DNA of 64,000 bases, taken from Piromyces finnis finn. Its lineage: Eukaryota > Fungi > Neocallimastigomycota. Under the pieces are notes generated by a model. The model had not been told where the DNA came from, did no database searches, and saw only the letters and a program-made list of their open reading frames with translations. Both the position numbers and the translations under genes were made by a program. The stretch is taken from positions 248,001-312,000 of the forward strand of contig MCFH01000039.1 of NCBI GenBank assembly GCA_002104945.1, written 5' to 3'. This document shows positions 32,834 to 48,943 of the stretch, piece after piece. Positions within the stretch are counted from its first letter, which is position 1. The number at the start of each line of letters is the position of its first letter.

Positions 32834-35800
32834 ATGGATCCGGGATATATACATTATATTCCAGTGTTACCACAATACTATTCAAACCCATATTTACAAC
32901 AACAATCTCAACCTCCACCTCCACCACCACCTCCTCCATCACAAGCAGCCCCTCAACCATTAACAAAACCAAATTTCGGTAGTTCAACAGTTATGATACC
33001 AATGGTTACCGCACCTTTACCACAGCAACCACCACCTCCTCCTCCACCTTTACCCTCACCACCACCTCCTCCTCCTCCACCATCCTCACCTCCTCAAACA
33101 AAAGTAGATAATTCGGAAATTCCTCAACAACAACAAAAAGATGAAAATTCTGATTTACAAAAATCACCTAAAAAAAATTCATTAGATTCAGATAACACAT
33201 CTAATTCTACAAATTCAAAAAATGCATCTTCTTCACAATTATTAATTTCTAATAAAAATCCCGATGTAAAACCATACTTTGAGAACGGTAGTGATAGTAA
33301 AGGAAAGGAACATGGAAAAATGAATTATTACTATGGCAATTATGATAGTAAGTATAAATCTGGATATTATTTAGATAATTATTCAAAAGGAAGGTATAAA
33401 TATGGTAAACCTATTAAAGGCGTATATGATTCAAATTCGTCATACAACTATCCAGGAAAGGAAAGTAAAGATTCATATAATTATTCCAAAAAAGATTCTA
33501 AAGATTCATATTATTATACCAAAGATAATGAAAAATATGGTTTTTCAGATTCATATCACTACTCAAATAAAGATATTGATAAATATGAATATTCAGATTC
33601 ATATCATTATATGAATAAAGATAGTATGGAAAAATATCCATATCCTGATAAATCGAGTAAATATGATAAACGTTATGACTACGACTATGACTATGACTAT
33701 GATTATGATTATGACTACGATTATGACTATGATTACAATTATGATTATGATTCCAAATCTCGAAAATATAAAAAATACCCAAAACACTTTTCCAGCAAAT
33801 ATGGTGATAATCCAAAGTATATGGATAGTTTTTATTCAAGTAGAAGAAAATATTCCGATAAAGGACCTAGATATAGAAAGTCAAGAAGAGATTCATATAC
33901 CTATCATAGAAGCGAACTTCAATCACGAAATTCTAGGTATATTTTAAAAAATAAACCAGAGATAAAAAAAGAGGAAGAAGAGTATAAAGAGGTTATACCA
34001 AAATATAATGATATTAATCCAACAGACGTTATTGATGAATTTAAACGTTCAGGTGTATTTGATAATATAAGAAAACTTTTATTAAATAAATTTAAAGAAA
34101 GTTCAGAAATGAAAAATTTAGAAAAGCAAATAAAAGAATCCATTGCGGTAATAAAAAGTAATCCATTAAGGGATTCCACAGATCGAAAATCAAGTAGTAT
34201 TTCATTTGAAAATGCAATGAAATCATGGGAAAAAATGAAACTTCATTCCTTTTTTATGAAAGAATTAGAATTAGAAACAAAAAACTTTAAAGAAACAAGT
34301 GATTTTGTGAGAAAAGAATATTTAGAATCAAAGTACAAAAATGAAATATTCGATGAATTATCAAAGGCTGTCCAAACAATTGACGATAATAAGAAGGAAA
34401 AAATAAGAAAATTAAGGGAGGAAGAAGAGGCAAAACTTAAAAAAGAAGAAAAACGGAAAAAGGAAGAGGAAGAAGGGGAAGAAGAAAAGAATAAATCAAA
34501 TGAAGAAGATAAATCAAAAAATGATTCTGTTTTACCAAAAATTAAATTTGTTATGAAAAACAATGAAACAGACGGTAATTCTGATCAGGATACAAAGAAG
34601 GGAATAAATCAAGATAATCAAGTAAATGTCACGTCAACAACTAACAATAAAAATGAAGCAAACCCGGAAGGTACGATAAAAGATAAAGATTCTATGATGG
34701 AAGTAGAAAAAACCGAAAAAGATAATTTACCGGAAAAAGTGGTAGATAAAAATACTATTGAAAATTCTGATATGGAAATAGATCAAGATGATGAGGAAAA
34801 TGATTATACTGTTGACACAGAAAATAAAAAAAGTAAAGAGGAAAAGGAAGAGGAGAAGCATAAAGAAAAGAAAGCAAAGAAACAAAATAAAAATGAGTCA
34901 GAAGAAAAAGATGAAAAAGGTGAAAAGGTACACAAAAAAGATGAAAAAGAAAACCGAAAAGAAAAAAATAATATTAAGCATAACAGTAAAACCAAAAATA
35001 ATGATATTGACACTGTTGTAAAAGATACCGAGAAAGATGATGATGATGATGATGATGATGATACCAATGATAAGGATAATAGATCTGATATGGAAGTTGA
35101 TATACCCGAACAAAAAGAAAATAATAAAACTTCAAATAAGAAATACGAAAATAAAAAGAATAATGATAAAAAAGAAAATATTGATGTAGCGGAGGAGAAG
35201 GACGATACTGACAATAAAATAAAAAAAGAAAAGGAAAATAAAACAAAAAAGGATTTATTAAATGATAATGATCAAGAAAAAGAAGAAGAAGAAGAAGAAG
35301 AAGAAGAAGAAGAAGAAGAAGACAAGGACAAAAAAAATAAAAAAAGAAAAAAAGAAAATAAAGAAAATGATACTGAAAGAGATAGTGATGAGCAACAAGA
35401 TGAAAGTAATGAAGATGAATCAACCGAACCGGAAAGTAAAAATAATAAAATTATATCAAAAGAAAAAAAGGGAAAGGATCATAAATATAAAAAGAAAGCC
35501 AATGAAAAAGTTGATGATAAGGATAACGATAGTGATGATGAAAGGGAGGATAATAATGATGATGATGGTAATGATGATGATGATGATAGTAGTGATGATG
35601 ATAGTGATGATGATGATGATATTGAAAAGAAAGAAAAAGCAAATAAGCATGAAAATTTAAGAAGATCAAAGAGAAATACAAAAAATAATTCCAATGAAAA
35701 TGAAAAAATGAGTAAAGAGGCATCATCGATAAATGAAGTAAAAAGAATAACAAGATCAAATTCAAAAAAATTGAATATTAAAGGTAATAATAATAATATT

Positions 35801-36131
35801 TAATAATATTTGATAATAAATAAATAAATAAATAAATAAATAATAATAATATTCAATGATATATCATAAAAAAATTGTAGTTAATGAAGAAAATGAAGAA
35901 GAAAAGAAATTCAATGTTGGTGATAAAGTAGCATGTTGGGTTTCTGTTAGAAACTTAAAACCAAATTATAGTTCAGAAAAACGTTGTTATGTTGTTCAAA
36001 TTGATAAATATCTTCCACAAAAGAAAACGTAATTATCATTATTATTAATTTTTTTATTTTAAAAAAAAAATCGATCAATAAACATTAAAAATTATTTTTT
36101 TTTTTTTTTTATAAACTTAATTTAATGTAAC

Positions 36132-36182
<51 letters not shown>

Positions 36183-36922
36183 AGTTATATTGTTAAAGAT
36201 GTTGAAACAGACAAAGATATACCAGATACATGGATGATACCAGAAGAAAAAATTATTGATTATAGAAAATATGCAAGTTATAGTACTAAACAATTTAATA
36301 AAAATGATCAAATTTATTCCCTATTTCGTTTTGAAGATAACGAATTATCAACAGAATTTTATAAAGCTGAAATTATCAAGATTGGAAAGGTAAATACAAA
36401 AAAAAAAAAAAAAAGAAATAGTTAATAGATATTTTAATTTTTATTTTTTTTTTTTTTTTATTTGTATATGGCTTTTATAGTATTTAATTTTATAGTATTT
36501 GTTTTTATTTTACATATCAATATTATTTTATTATTCTTATTTATTTTTTCATTCATTCATTTATTTATTTGTTTGTTTGTTTATTCCATGAAAATCGTAA
36601 ATTATAATAATAATGATTTTATTCCGTTCTTTAAATTTAGACTTATTTAACCGTAAGATTTGAAGATGGAGATGATGATGCTAATATGAAACCAGGAGAA
36701 TTTTTCCTAGTATCTGATTCAATCCAAAGTCCATCTTCCGAAAGAAATAGTTCTCATCGATCCTCACTATCAAAATCTTCGTCAAACGATTCAATCAAAT
36801 CAAAAACATCACAACAAAGTAATAACACCACCGCTAAGAAAACTAAAAGTACAATAGCAAAAAGAAAAGCAAAAAGTTTTGATAATAATACGAATAAAAA
36901 GAAAAAGAAAAAACATAAATAA
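32834..36922 (+). CDS. BOD1/Shg1 (COMPASS-associated) domain protein with a C-terminal SGF29-like tandem Tudor, 4 exons predicted
   Basis: Shg1/BOD1 motif DVIDEFKRSGVFDNIRKLLL at about 34025-34085. Donor AAAG|GTAATA (about 35783) joins in frame to acceptor TGTAG|TT (35880). Further exons 36185-36389 and 36641-36922 give FNVGDKVACWV...YIVKDVETD...FNKNDQIYSLF...TEFYKAEII...LTVRFEDGD. Confidence 0.7.
33674..33751 (+). repeat. Coding (GAY TAY)n hexamer repeat encoding a (YD)n tract
   Basis: Reads YDYDYDYDYDYDYDYDYDYDYNYDYD in ORF 32834..35803. Confidence 0.9.
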
Positions 36923-37796
36923 ATTTCATGATTCTTAATTTTTAATTCATAATATATACCTTTATAGAGGAAAAGAAGAAAAGGAATTTCCATATCTATT
37001 GATATATACACGCATATATATATAAATTTAATTCTCAAAAAAAAAAAAAATAATAATAATAATAATAATAATAATAATTTTGTAAATAATAAATTATTTT
37101 TATGTATATATATATATTTTCTTTTTTTTTACATATACATATATATAATTTATAAAATACCATATTAAATATCTTTATTTTTTTTTTGAAAAAATATATA
37201 TATTTATATATTTTATTTCTATCCAATATCCATCATCAAATATTTTAGTTTCTATATCTTTAAAAAAAAAAAAAAAAAAAAAGAATAGTATAAATTAATA
37301 AAAAGATATTTTTAAAAATAAAAATATATCCTTTTTTTTTTTTTTTTTGTTTTCCTTTATCATAGGTTTAATTAAAAAATAAATAATAAAAGAAGAATAA
37401 TGGCATTATCTTTATACAAATTAAAATCAAATGAGATAAAGTATTATGGTTGTCAATTGAAAAAAGAAATCATTATTTTTTTTTTTTTTATTTATTTATT
37501 TAAATATTAATAATATTAGTAGTAGTATATTTATTTGGTTATTACATTACTGTACTTTATTTCTAAATAAATAAAATAGAGGGAAAGAAAAAATAATATA
37601 TATATATATGTTTTTTTTTTTTAATTTCATTAATGTTTTATTGTATTGATTTTTCTTTTTTTTTTTTTTTTATATTTATATTTTTTTTTTTTTATTATTA
37701 TAAATATTTATTTTTTTTTTATTTATGCCTTCATTTTTTTTTTTATTTAAAAAAAAAAAGTTATTATTGATGTTTTTTTTTCTTGTTTTTGTTTTA

Positions 37797-37827
<31 letters not shown>

Positions 37828-37958
37828 GTTTGTTTTTTCTTAGTATTACTATTTATACTTTATTTTATTTACTTTTTTTTTTATTTTATTTACTTTTATT
37901 TAGTTATTAATTCCTCATAAGGAAAAAATAGAAAAAATAATTCATTTTTATTATTATT

Positions 37959-37994
<36 letters not shown>

Positions 37995-38060
37995 GAAATA
38001 AACCTTTTGAATTTTTTAATTATTTATTTATTATTGAAAAAAAAAAAAAAAGTTCTATTT

Positions 38061-40058
38061 TTAGAAAACAATTTGATGATTTTGTGAGATAATATTGTAA
38101 TTTGCTGTGTTTCTTTTAATAATATCTACAACTGGACCTAATAATCTTGTGAAGGCCTTTTTACCTAAAGTAGCACACTTTATCTTTCCCTTAGCCTTAA
38201 TAGTAGCAGCTCTTGGCTTATCTGTTAACAAAGCTAATTCTATTATTCGAAAAGTAAAAAAGTTACATTTATGAATTATTAGTATTACCGGGAAATGGCA
38301 TAACATTTTCAGTTAAACTATTGCAATTCTATATTTAATAGTAAAACAAAAAAAAATTCTTTTTTTTCTAATACATACCACCAAAGTATTCACCCTTATG
38401 TAGGGTAGAAATTTCACGAACAATACCTTCATCATCTTCTTGTAAGACAGCAGCTTCACCAGATTCGATAAGATAAAAGTTTTCACCAACATCACCTTGC
38501 TTAATAACAATTTCACCATCATTATAAGTGACAGATTCTAAAGCATCAGCAATCTTATGACGTTCATATGGTTCTAATGATTGTAATAATGGAACTTCTT
38601 CCAAGAAAATTTCATACATCTTTCTCTTACGTGAAGTATTTTCCATAAGAATCTTACGGAAGGTAATACGATCTAAAGCCCATAAAATACAATCAGAAGT
38701 AGCAGTAATAGTGGCAGCTCTTGGAGCATTGTACATTAAAGCTAATTCACCAAAACTAGCACCAGCTCCATAATCACCAACCTTAATTGGTGGGTTACCA
38801 TTCTTTGATATATAAATATCAAGAGTACCAGTTTCAACAACATAGAAGAAATCACCAACACCACCTTGTTTAATAACAATATCACCATTAACAGCACGTT
38901 TTTCACTCATAGCATTAACGACATCAGTGTATTGTTCTTCATCCAAGTTTTTGAATAAGAAATTGTTAGAAATAGAAACTTGAATACGTTTACGTTGTTC
39001 TTGAGTCTTTGGAATAATAACCTTGACATAGTTCTTGTCAGTAGTTGGTGCCATTGATTCAGCACTTACAGATGTACGACGACCTTTAAGCGTTATTATT
39101 ATGTTTTAAGAAAAGACATTTTTTTTTAAAAAAAAAAAATATATTATTTTTCATGTAAAGTAAAAAAAGTTTTTATATAAATAACCAATGAATTTGCATA
39201 GGTATAACAATAATATTAACAATAATAAAATTGGGTTTAGAACATAGTGTATTTAAATAGGACAAAAATTATATTTTAAAAAAAAATTATATACTTCAAT
39301 AAAAAATATACAATTTTTTTTAATTAAATTAGAATGTATATTAAATATATGAATAGGTCTATAGTACCTCTATTATAGTTAACTGGTGGTGGTGGTGGTA
39401 AGTCCATAGTTTCATCTTCTGATTCAGTTTCTATATGATCATTAACATCCATATTTTTTGATTTAGAAAGAGAACCAACGGTATCTTGTTCTTCTTCCTT
39501 TTCATCTTCGGATACAGAACCAGTATTAGAAGAAGCATCTTGCTTTTCACTAGTTGCAGCACTTTCTGACATATTTTCTAAAGCATCTTCCATTTCTTCT
39601 TCTTCATCTTCTTGACTAGCTTCATCATTTTCATTTTCATTTTCATTATTATTATTATAACTTTCAGAATATGATTGTGCTTTATTTTTATATATATATA
39701 TATAAAAATATTAAAAGTTTATAATATTTATTTTTTATATATATTATATTAGTTTCAAAATATGTAATAATAATAGTGTTAAAAGAAAAATTGTTAGTTC
39801 ATAATTAATTATTTAAAATATTTTTTTATATTTTTCACTATTATTGTTATTAGTAATAGTAGTAGTAGTAGTAGTATACTATTATTTTTTATTACCTAAA
39901 GAGATTAATTGAGCTCTTTGTTCCTTGAGTTTGTAATGGAAATATGTAGCGCAAAATTGAACAACATCTTGTGGTTGATGTTCTAATAATTCTTTTTCTA
40001 ATTCCTTTAAAATTTCTTCGGAATCTGCTGAAAGTTCTTTATTTTCCTTATTATCCAT
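38061..40058 (-). CDS. BCY1: cAMP-dependent protein kinase regulatory subunit, multi-exon
   Basis: N-terminal D/D domain (LKELEKELLEHQPQDVVQFCATYF), inhibitor site GRRTSVSAES formed across a splice junction, and two cNMP cassettes (FGELALMYNAPRAAT; FGELALLTDKPRAAT). Confidence 0.95.
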
Positions 40059-41307
40059 ATTTAAAAATTATTTTGTTTAAGAAATATATATACTAAAAAT
40101 TAAAAAAGAAAAATAATGTCTCTATATATCATATTTTGGATATGGATTGAACATAAAAAATGTTTTTTATAGAGGTATTTTTATTTTTTGTTTTGTTTTA
40201 TTTTTGTAAATAAATTATTCCATTAATAATCGATATTTTTTTTTACGAGATGAAATAGATATTTGATTTTGTAAAGTATTGTTTCAAATTATATAAACAT
40301 TAATTAGGTTTATTAATAGATATATTGGTTAGTATTAAAATTTAAAATTATTAAATAGTAATAAACATTATTAAAACATTAATATATTTCCATCTACACA
40401 TTCATTAATATAATTGTTAAAAAAATAGTATTGTTGGTACATTAACAATTTTTTTTCCCTATCTTTCTATTATCGTAAACATTTATATTTACATATATAG
40501 GTTAGCTATTAAATAATCGATTATTTTTTTTCAAAGATTTATCTTACATCTTTGATTATTATAAATATTTTTTATTTTTTTTTTTAATAATTTTATTTAA
40601 ATTCTTTTTTTTTACATATATATATATATTTTATACCTATGTATAGTGTAATATTATTCCTTTTTCTATCCTATATTATTTATTTGTTATAAAAAATAAA
40701 ACTTTATATCTTTTTTTTTTTTTTTTTTTGTCTATTTTTTATTATTTGATTTTCGAAATAAAAAGTATACTTGAATCCTATTACACTTTTTAAATTATAT
40801 AATCACTTTTTTATTTTTCGGAAAATACTATTATTATTATTATTTTATTGTTTACTTTTAAACCGTTTTTTTATTTTTTTTCTGCTATTATTTCTACTGT
40901 ATTAGTTATTTAACATTTTTAGTTTATTTATCTTTATAAAAAGTTTTTCTCTTTTTTTTTTTTTCAATTTACAAAAGTTGTTAATTTTAAATAAATACTA
41001 TTTTTTTATTAATAGTATTATTTATTTATTATTTATTATTTATTTATTATTATTTTATTATTTATTATAGATATTTACAATGTTATTAGTTTTACTTTTT
41101 TTTTTTCTAAATAAAATTAATATTTCTCTTTTTTTAATCTTCAATAAAGAAAAAAAAATAAAAAATAAAAAAATAAAAAAATAAAATAAAAATAAAATAA
41201 AAAAAGGGGGAAAAAAATAAATAATAAAAAAAAGTTAAAAATTTAATAAAGTAAAAAATTATATAAATTATTATTTTTTTATTTTTTATTTTATTATTTA
41301 AATAGAA

Positions 41308-41356
41308 TTATTATTACTATTATTATTATTATTATTATTATTATTACTACTACTAT

Positions 41357-41431
<75 letters not shown>

Positions 41432-41505
41432 TACTACTATTACTACTACTACTATTACTACTACTACTACTACTACTACTACTATTATTATTATTATTAT
41501 TATTA
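41308..41505. repeat. Compound (TAT)n/(TAC)n microsatellite
   Basis: Direct reading: alternating TAT and TAC blocks in the long intergenic region between the PKA-R and AAT genes. Confidence 0.9.
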
Positions 41506-42066
41506 CACTAAGGAATAATGTTTTGTTTTGTTTTGTTTTTTAATTTGATGATTTTTATGTAATTTTATTTTGAAAAAAAAGAAAAGAAAAAAAAAGGTAT
41601 TTTACAAGATTTAGACTATTTTTTAATATTAATAAATAAGATTTCTTTCTTAATTTTTTTTTTTTTAAAATTATTATTATATAAGTTAAAAACTATAAAT
41701 ATGAATGAATATTTGGATGCTTTAAAAAAACGTACTTAAAAAATACCCACTTAACTAAATATAAATCTATACTACTATTATAGAATTCAAATATTCAATA
41801 TTATTTAAATATTTATATATATATTTCTACAAATTTATACTGATAATAATATAAATTAAACTAACAATAGTAAAAAAATTATCACTAGTCATTAATAAAA
41901 TAAAGTGAAAGAAAAAGTTGATATTTACATTATATTCAATAGTTGTGGTAATGAATACTATCATTTAATTAAATTATATTTTAGTAAAAGTTTTATATTT
42001 TTTTTTCCGTTTTATTGAACATTACAATAATGGTTTAACAAAATAATAATTAATAACTACTACTAC

Positions 42067-42103
<37 letters not shown>

Positions 42104-44085
42104 GAAAAAATTATTTAATTCTATTTTTAATATTTTACACCTTTTAAAATTATAAAGCTCCGAGAGTTAAAATTGTTAAAAGGGAAAATAAAATAGTATT
42201 ATTATTATTATTATTATTGTTCTAGTTTTAATAAAATAAAAAATAACATTATCTATTTATATTTAAATCGTCACTATAAATAAATTAAAAATTAATATTC
42301 CATTGAATTATATTATTATTATAAAAAAAAAAAAAAAGTTAAAATGAATATAAAAAATGAAAAATAAAAAAAAAAACATTATATTTTCTTACAATATTTT
42401 GTTAATTTTTTCATTAAAGAAAAAAAAATTGTATAATTAAAACTTTTCTAATATAATGTATTTATTGTTACATTTTATTTAATTAGTTATTATTTTTTCG
42501 ATAAAATAGTTTAATGCTTGATTAAAAATATTCATACATAGAAATAAAAAAAAAAAAGTTTTTTTTTTTTTAATATAAAATTATAGTTATTAAGATTATG
42601 ATTCTAATCTTAACATTACTATAAAAATAAAAAAAATAAAAGTTTTCTTTCTTTATACTCTAGATTCTTAAATATATTTGATGGTTTTTACGGGGGTGAT
42701 AGTTCAAATAATACCAAAAAGTGTTGTAGCATTAAAATAAATTTGTATATATTTCTTTTATTTATATAGTATGATGATAGTAATGATTTTCATTTAATAT
42801 ATATCTCTTTTTATTTATATATACAATTATTTATAGTTTAATATATTAACTTTGATATATTAAAAAAAGGTTGGTCTATTTTTTTTTTTATTTATTATTT
42901 TCTTTATTTACTACATATTATTAATCTTTTTTTTTTTTAGTATTGTTTCTAATTCTTTTCCTACTTTCCCCATAGTTTAATTTTTTTTTAAATTTAATTA
43001 TTCCTTTTTTAGACAAATAATATAGAAATCAAATTAAATTTATGTATCATACATGAAATGTAATTTAAAGGTTAGATTATTAAAAGGTTGAAAAAAAATG
43101 GTTTAAAATTAATAATAAATAATAATAAAAACATAGATATAAATACATATACCATTTATACCATTTATAATAAAGAATTTTTATTTTGAAATATAGTATA
43201 ATATTACTTTAATGGAAATGTTTTATTAAAAAAGGTTTAAAATACTTTTTTTTTTTTTTTCTTTTCTATCAAAAATAAACTTATTGACTTTAAAAAGTTT
43301 AACATTGAATTATAATCCATTACATAGTAATGAAACAATACTTTTTTAAACATTGTTAGATAGTTATAATATTAAATATATAATGTTGATATATATATAT
43401 TTAAAATAGTTTTAAGAGCCTTTCATGATCAATCAACAACTTTTATTGATAATAAAAAAAAAGGTATCGAATTTGATTCTATTTAGTGAAACAGAGACAA
43501 ATTCATGTAATACATAATAATTAAATGAATTTTATACATAATTAGTTCAAAGTTGAAACAAGAATAAAAAAGGAAAAAAGAAAAACTACCTATTTATTAA
43601 ATTTTACATAACAAATGCTTTTTTTTTTTTAATGTATACAAAAAAAAGTAGTGATATTTATGTTATTTATTTTATTATTTTTAATATTTATTTTGTACAT
43701 AACTTGGTGGTTTAAATTATTATTATTGGTAGTAGTAGTAGTAGTAGTAGGTACTAAGTTTTTTTATTTTTTATTTTTTATTTTTTATTTTTATTGGATA
43801 TAATAAAGAGTGATTTAATTGTTTTATTGAAAGAAAGAAAAAAAAAAGAAAACAAAAAAATTTTATTATAATTCTTAATAAATTTATATTTAATAATAAA
43901 ACGTGCTTAGGATGATCTATACTTTTTTTTTTTATTCATCCATTTTTTTTTAAAAAAAAATTATTAGTGTTATCCTTCTCAATAAATAAAATATAATAGA
44001 TTATTTAATTGGGGGATATTTTTTTATTTTTACTTTGTTATTATCATTGGCATGGGAATTCATTATTTTACTTCTGGAATTTTAT

Positions 44086-46492
<2,407 letters not shown>

Positions 46493-47597
46493 TTTTTTTT
46501 TTTTTTTTCCTATTTATTCTATCTTTTTTTTTTTTTTTTTTTCAAATTTCAATTTTATTTGAAATTTTGGTGGTGAATTAACGGGTGATAGTAATTTTTT
46601 TAAAAAAAAAAGAATTTTTAAAATGGGTGATTTTTATTTAAATTTCACATAAAAATCGAAATATGGTGATATGTCACATGATTCATAGAATTATAAATTA
46701 AGGTTTGAAATCTTTTTCACTGTAGAAAAAATAATAATAATTAACGTTTATCAGTCATTATGGCTTTAATTTTTGATGGTCAGATTTTAATGGAATATAA
46801 AAAAATATTTATTATATTAAATTAATATTATATGTGGCTTATAAATAATTATGAATTAAATTTGGAAAACAAAAATGGTCAATGGAATCCTTGATCCAAA
46901 GTCTTTTTTTTTTTTAAAGTACACCATTGAAAAATGTTTTTTATTATGAAAAATAAAAAAGAAAGAGGATTAGATCTTTACCATTGTTTTTTAATTTTAG
47001 ACTAGTTATTATATAATTTCATATATTAATTATCCATTAAAATATATATACATATATGTAAATATGAATAATGGAAAATATTTAATACATTTTATGGCGG
47101 ATTATAGGATGCTTTGACTTTGAAATATTTTTCAATCATCTCGGCACGATATCGTCCATTCTTGACGCCTGATGAATCATCTTTTATTGTTAATCATCTC
47201 GACATAATATCGTTCATTCTTGATGCTTATATCTAATCAAAGACATTATTAGTATAGTATTCATAAGAAATATGTCAAATTTCTTATTAATACTCTACTC
47301 TATGGTTTTCTTTATCATTAAAATTTGATAAATTCAATAATTTTGAAAGATGGATAAAAAAAAAAATAAATAGTAGTATATCAGTATCTTTTATAATTTT
47401 TATGATGACCAGTTTAAAAATCATGAAAAATTTGATAAATAAATAATAATATATAGTAAATAAATTTTATTTATAATTTATAGAGAAAGATATATATATA
47501 TAAAAATACAATAGAATTAAACAAGCCAACAAACTAACGAAAAAAAAAAAAGGAATAGTTAATAATTTATGTTTAATAATAATTATACAATGATATA

Positions 47598-48943
47598 TTA
47601 AAGTAGAATATAAGATATTAAAAGAGTGATAACTATCCCAACTATACTATTAATTTTTAATAGTTGACTACCGTTAGCATTTGCGGTAGGAATAGGTTTT
47701 TTTACAGAAGTATAGGTTTCACCATTAAGTCTTGTAACATATTCAATAATATCACCATGATTATAATAATCAACAGAAATGAAATTGATTTTATTTTGAC
47801 AATTGACAATATGTTCATTAATACTGTCAAAAGAATTTGTTTGATCGATAACGGTGGTATCAGGAAGATAACCACTACTATTTAAAATTTGAACATGTTT
47901 CATATGATATCTATGTAAAAAAACATTTATATATATATTATATATAATATAAATAAATATATATAATTAATTCAATGAATAAAAAAGGATTTATATATTT
48001 TTTTTTATCCTTTTCGATTTAAATAGTTGATAAATATGATATATATATATATAAAATGATTTATAAAAAGAATGCTTACAAAAGGAATAAACTTCCAGAA
48101 CCACCAAATACATCACAATTCCAATATTCTTGACTCAAGGAAACATAATTATTGTAGGAAACATATTGACTCAAGGATAAATACCATGGATAAGCTGGAT
48201 CTGTAAGTTTATCAGAGAAAACAACCACATTTTGATGATTATCGACCATTTCACCAAGTGTTGGCCAATCTCCAATGTAATATGGGGTAAAAACGTAATT
48301 TATTAAACCTGAATTAGTAAAGAGTTCGTTTATCGTACTAGCTGGTATATTACCATTGAAATTTTCAAAAAAGATGGTAATAACTTCATTTGGATTTTGT
48401 TGAATAAATTCTGTTATTTCATAAAGAATATCGACAGCTCTACCGGCATCTAAATATGGTTCAGTACAAGAATTATGACATAAATGTACAGAGCCATCAT
48501 CATGATAGAAAACATCCAACATTAAACCACGAATACCATCATAAAGTTGTTGTGAAATACCTAATTCTTGGTTTGCAGAATATGATTTTCCTATTGTTAA
48601 GTTTTTTTTTTAAAAAAAAAAAAAAAAAAACGAAATGTCGTTAATATATCATATATAGGTATATAATGGACAGACAATAAAGTATTTAATAAAGTATTAT
48701 AAAAACCAGTTTTCATTTCAATTTATATATATATATGTGTGTATATGTATGTGTTTTTTTTTTTAAAAAAAAAAAAAAATTACCAACAGCAAAAGAATTA
48801 TGAGTTGTAGCGTAGGTTAATTCGTCATAATTTTTATAACAATAACTTTCATAGCCATTACAATATTTTTGAGCTTTTGTTAATAAAATAAATAATTCCA
48901 AGTAAAGGGTATAATATAGTATATTTTTCAAACTTGAAAGCAT
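47598..48943 (-). CDS. Secreted PI-PLC X-domain-like phosphodiesterase, probably GPI-anchored, 3 exons
   Basis: Signal peptide, CNG...C, YDELTYATTHNS, QQLYDGIRGLMLDV, VHLCH, NPNEVITIFFEN and FISVDYY. The C-terminus is hydrophobic after small residues (NANGSQLLKINSIVGIVITLLISYILL). Confidence 0.85.

Noticed and set aside
47169-47191. CTGATGA hammerhead core or snoRNA box C
   Set aside because: No stem II closing onto GAAA and no convincing box D or terminal stem.
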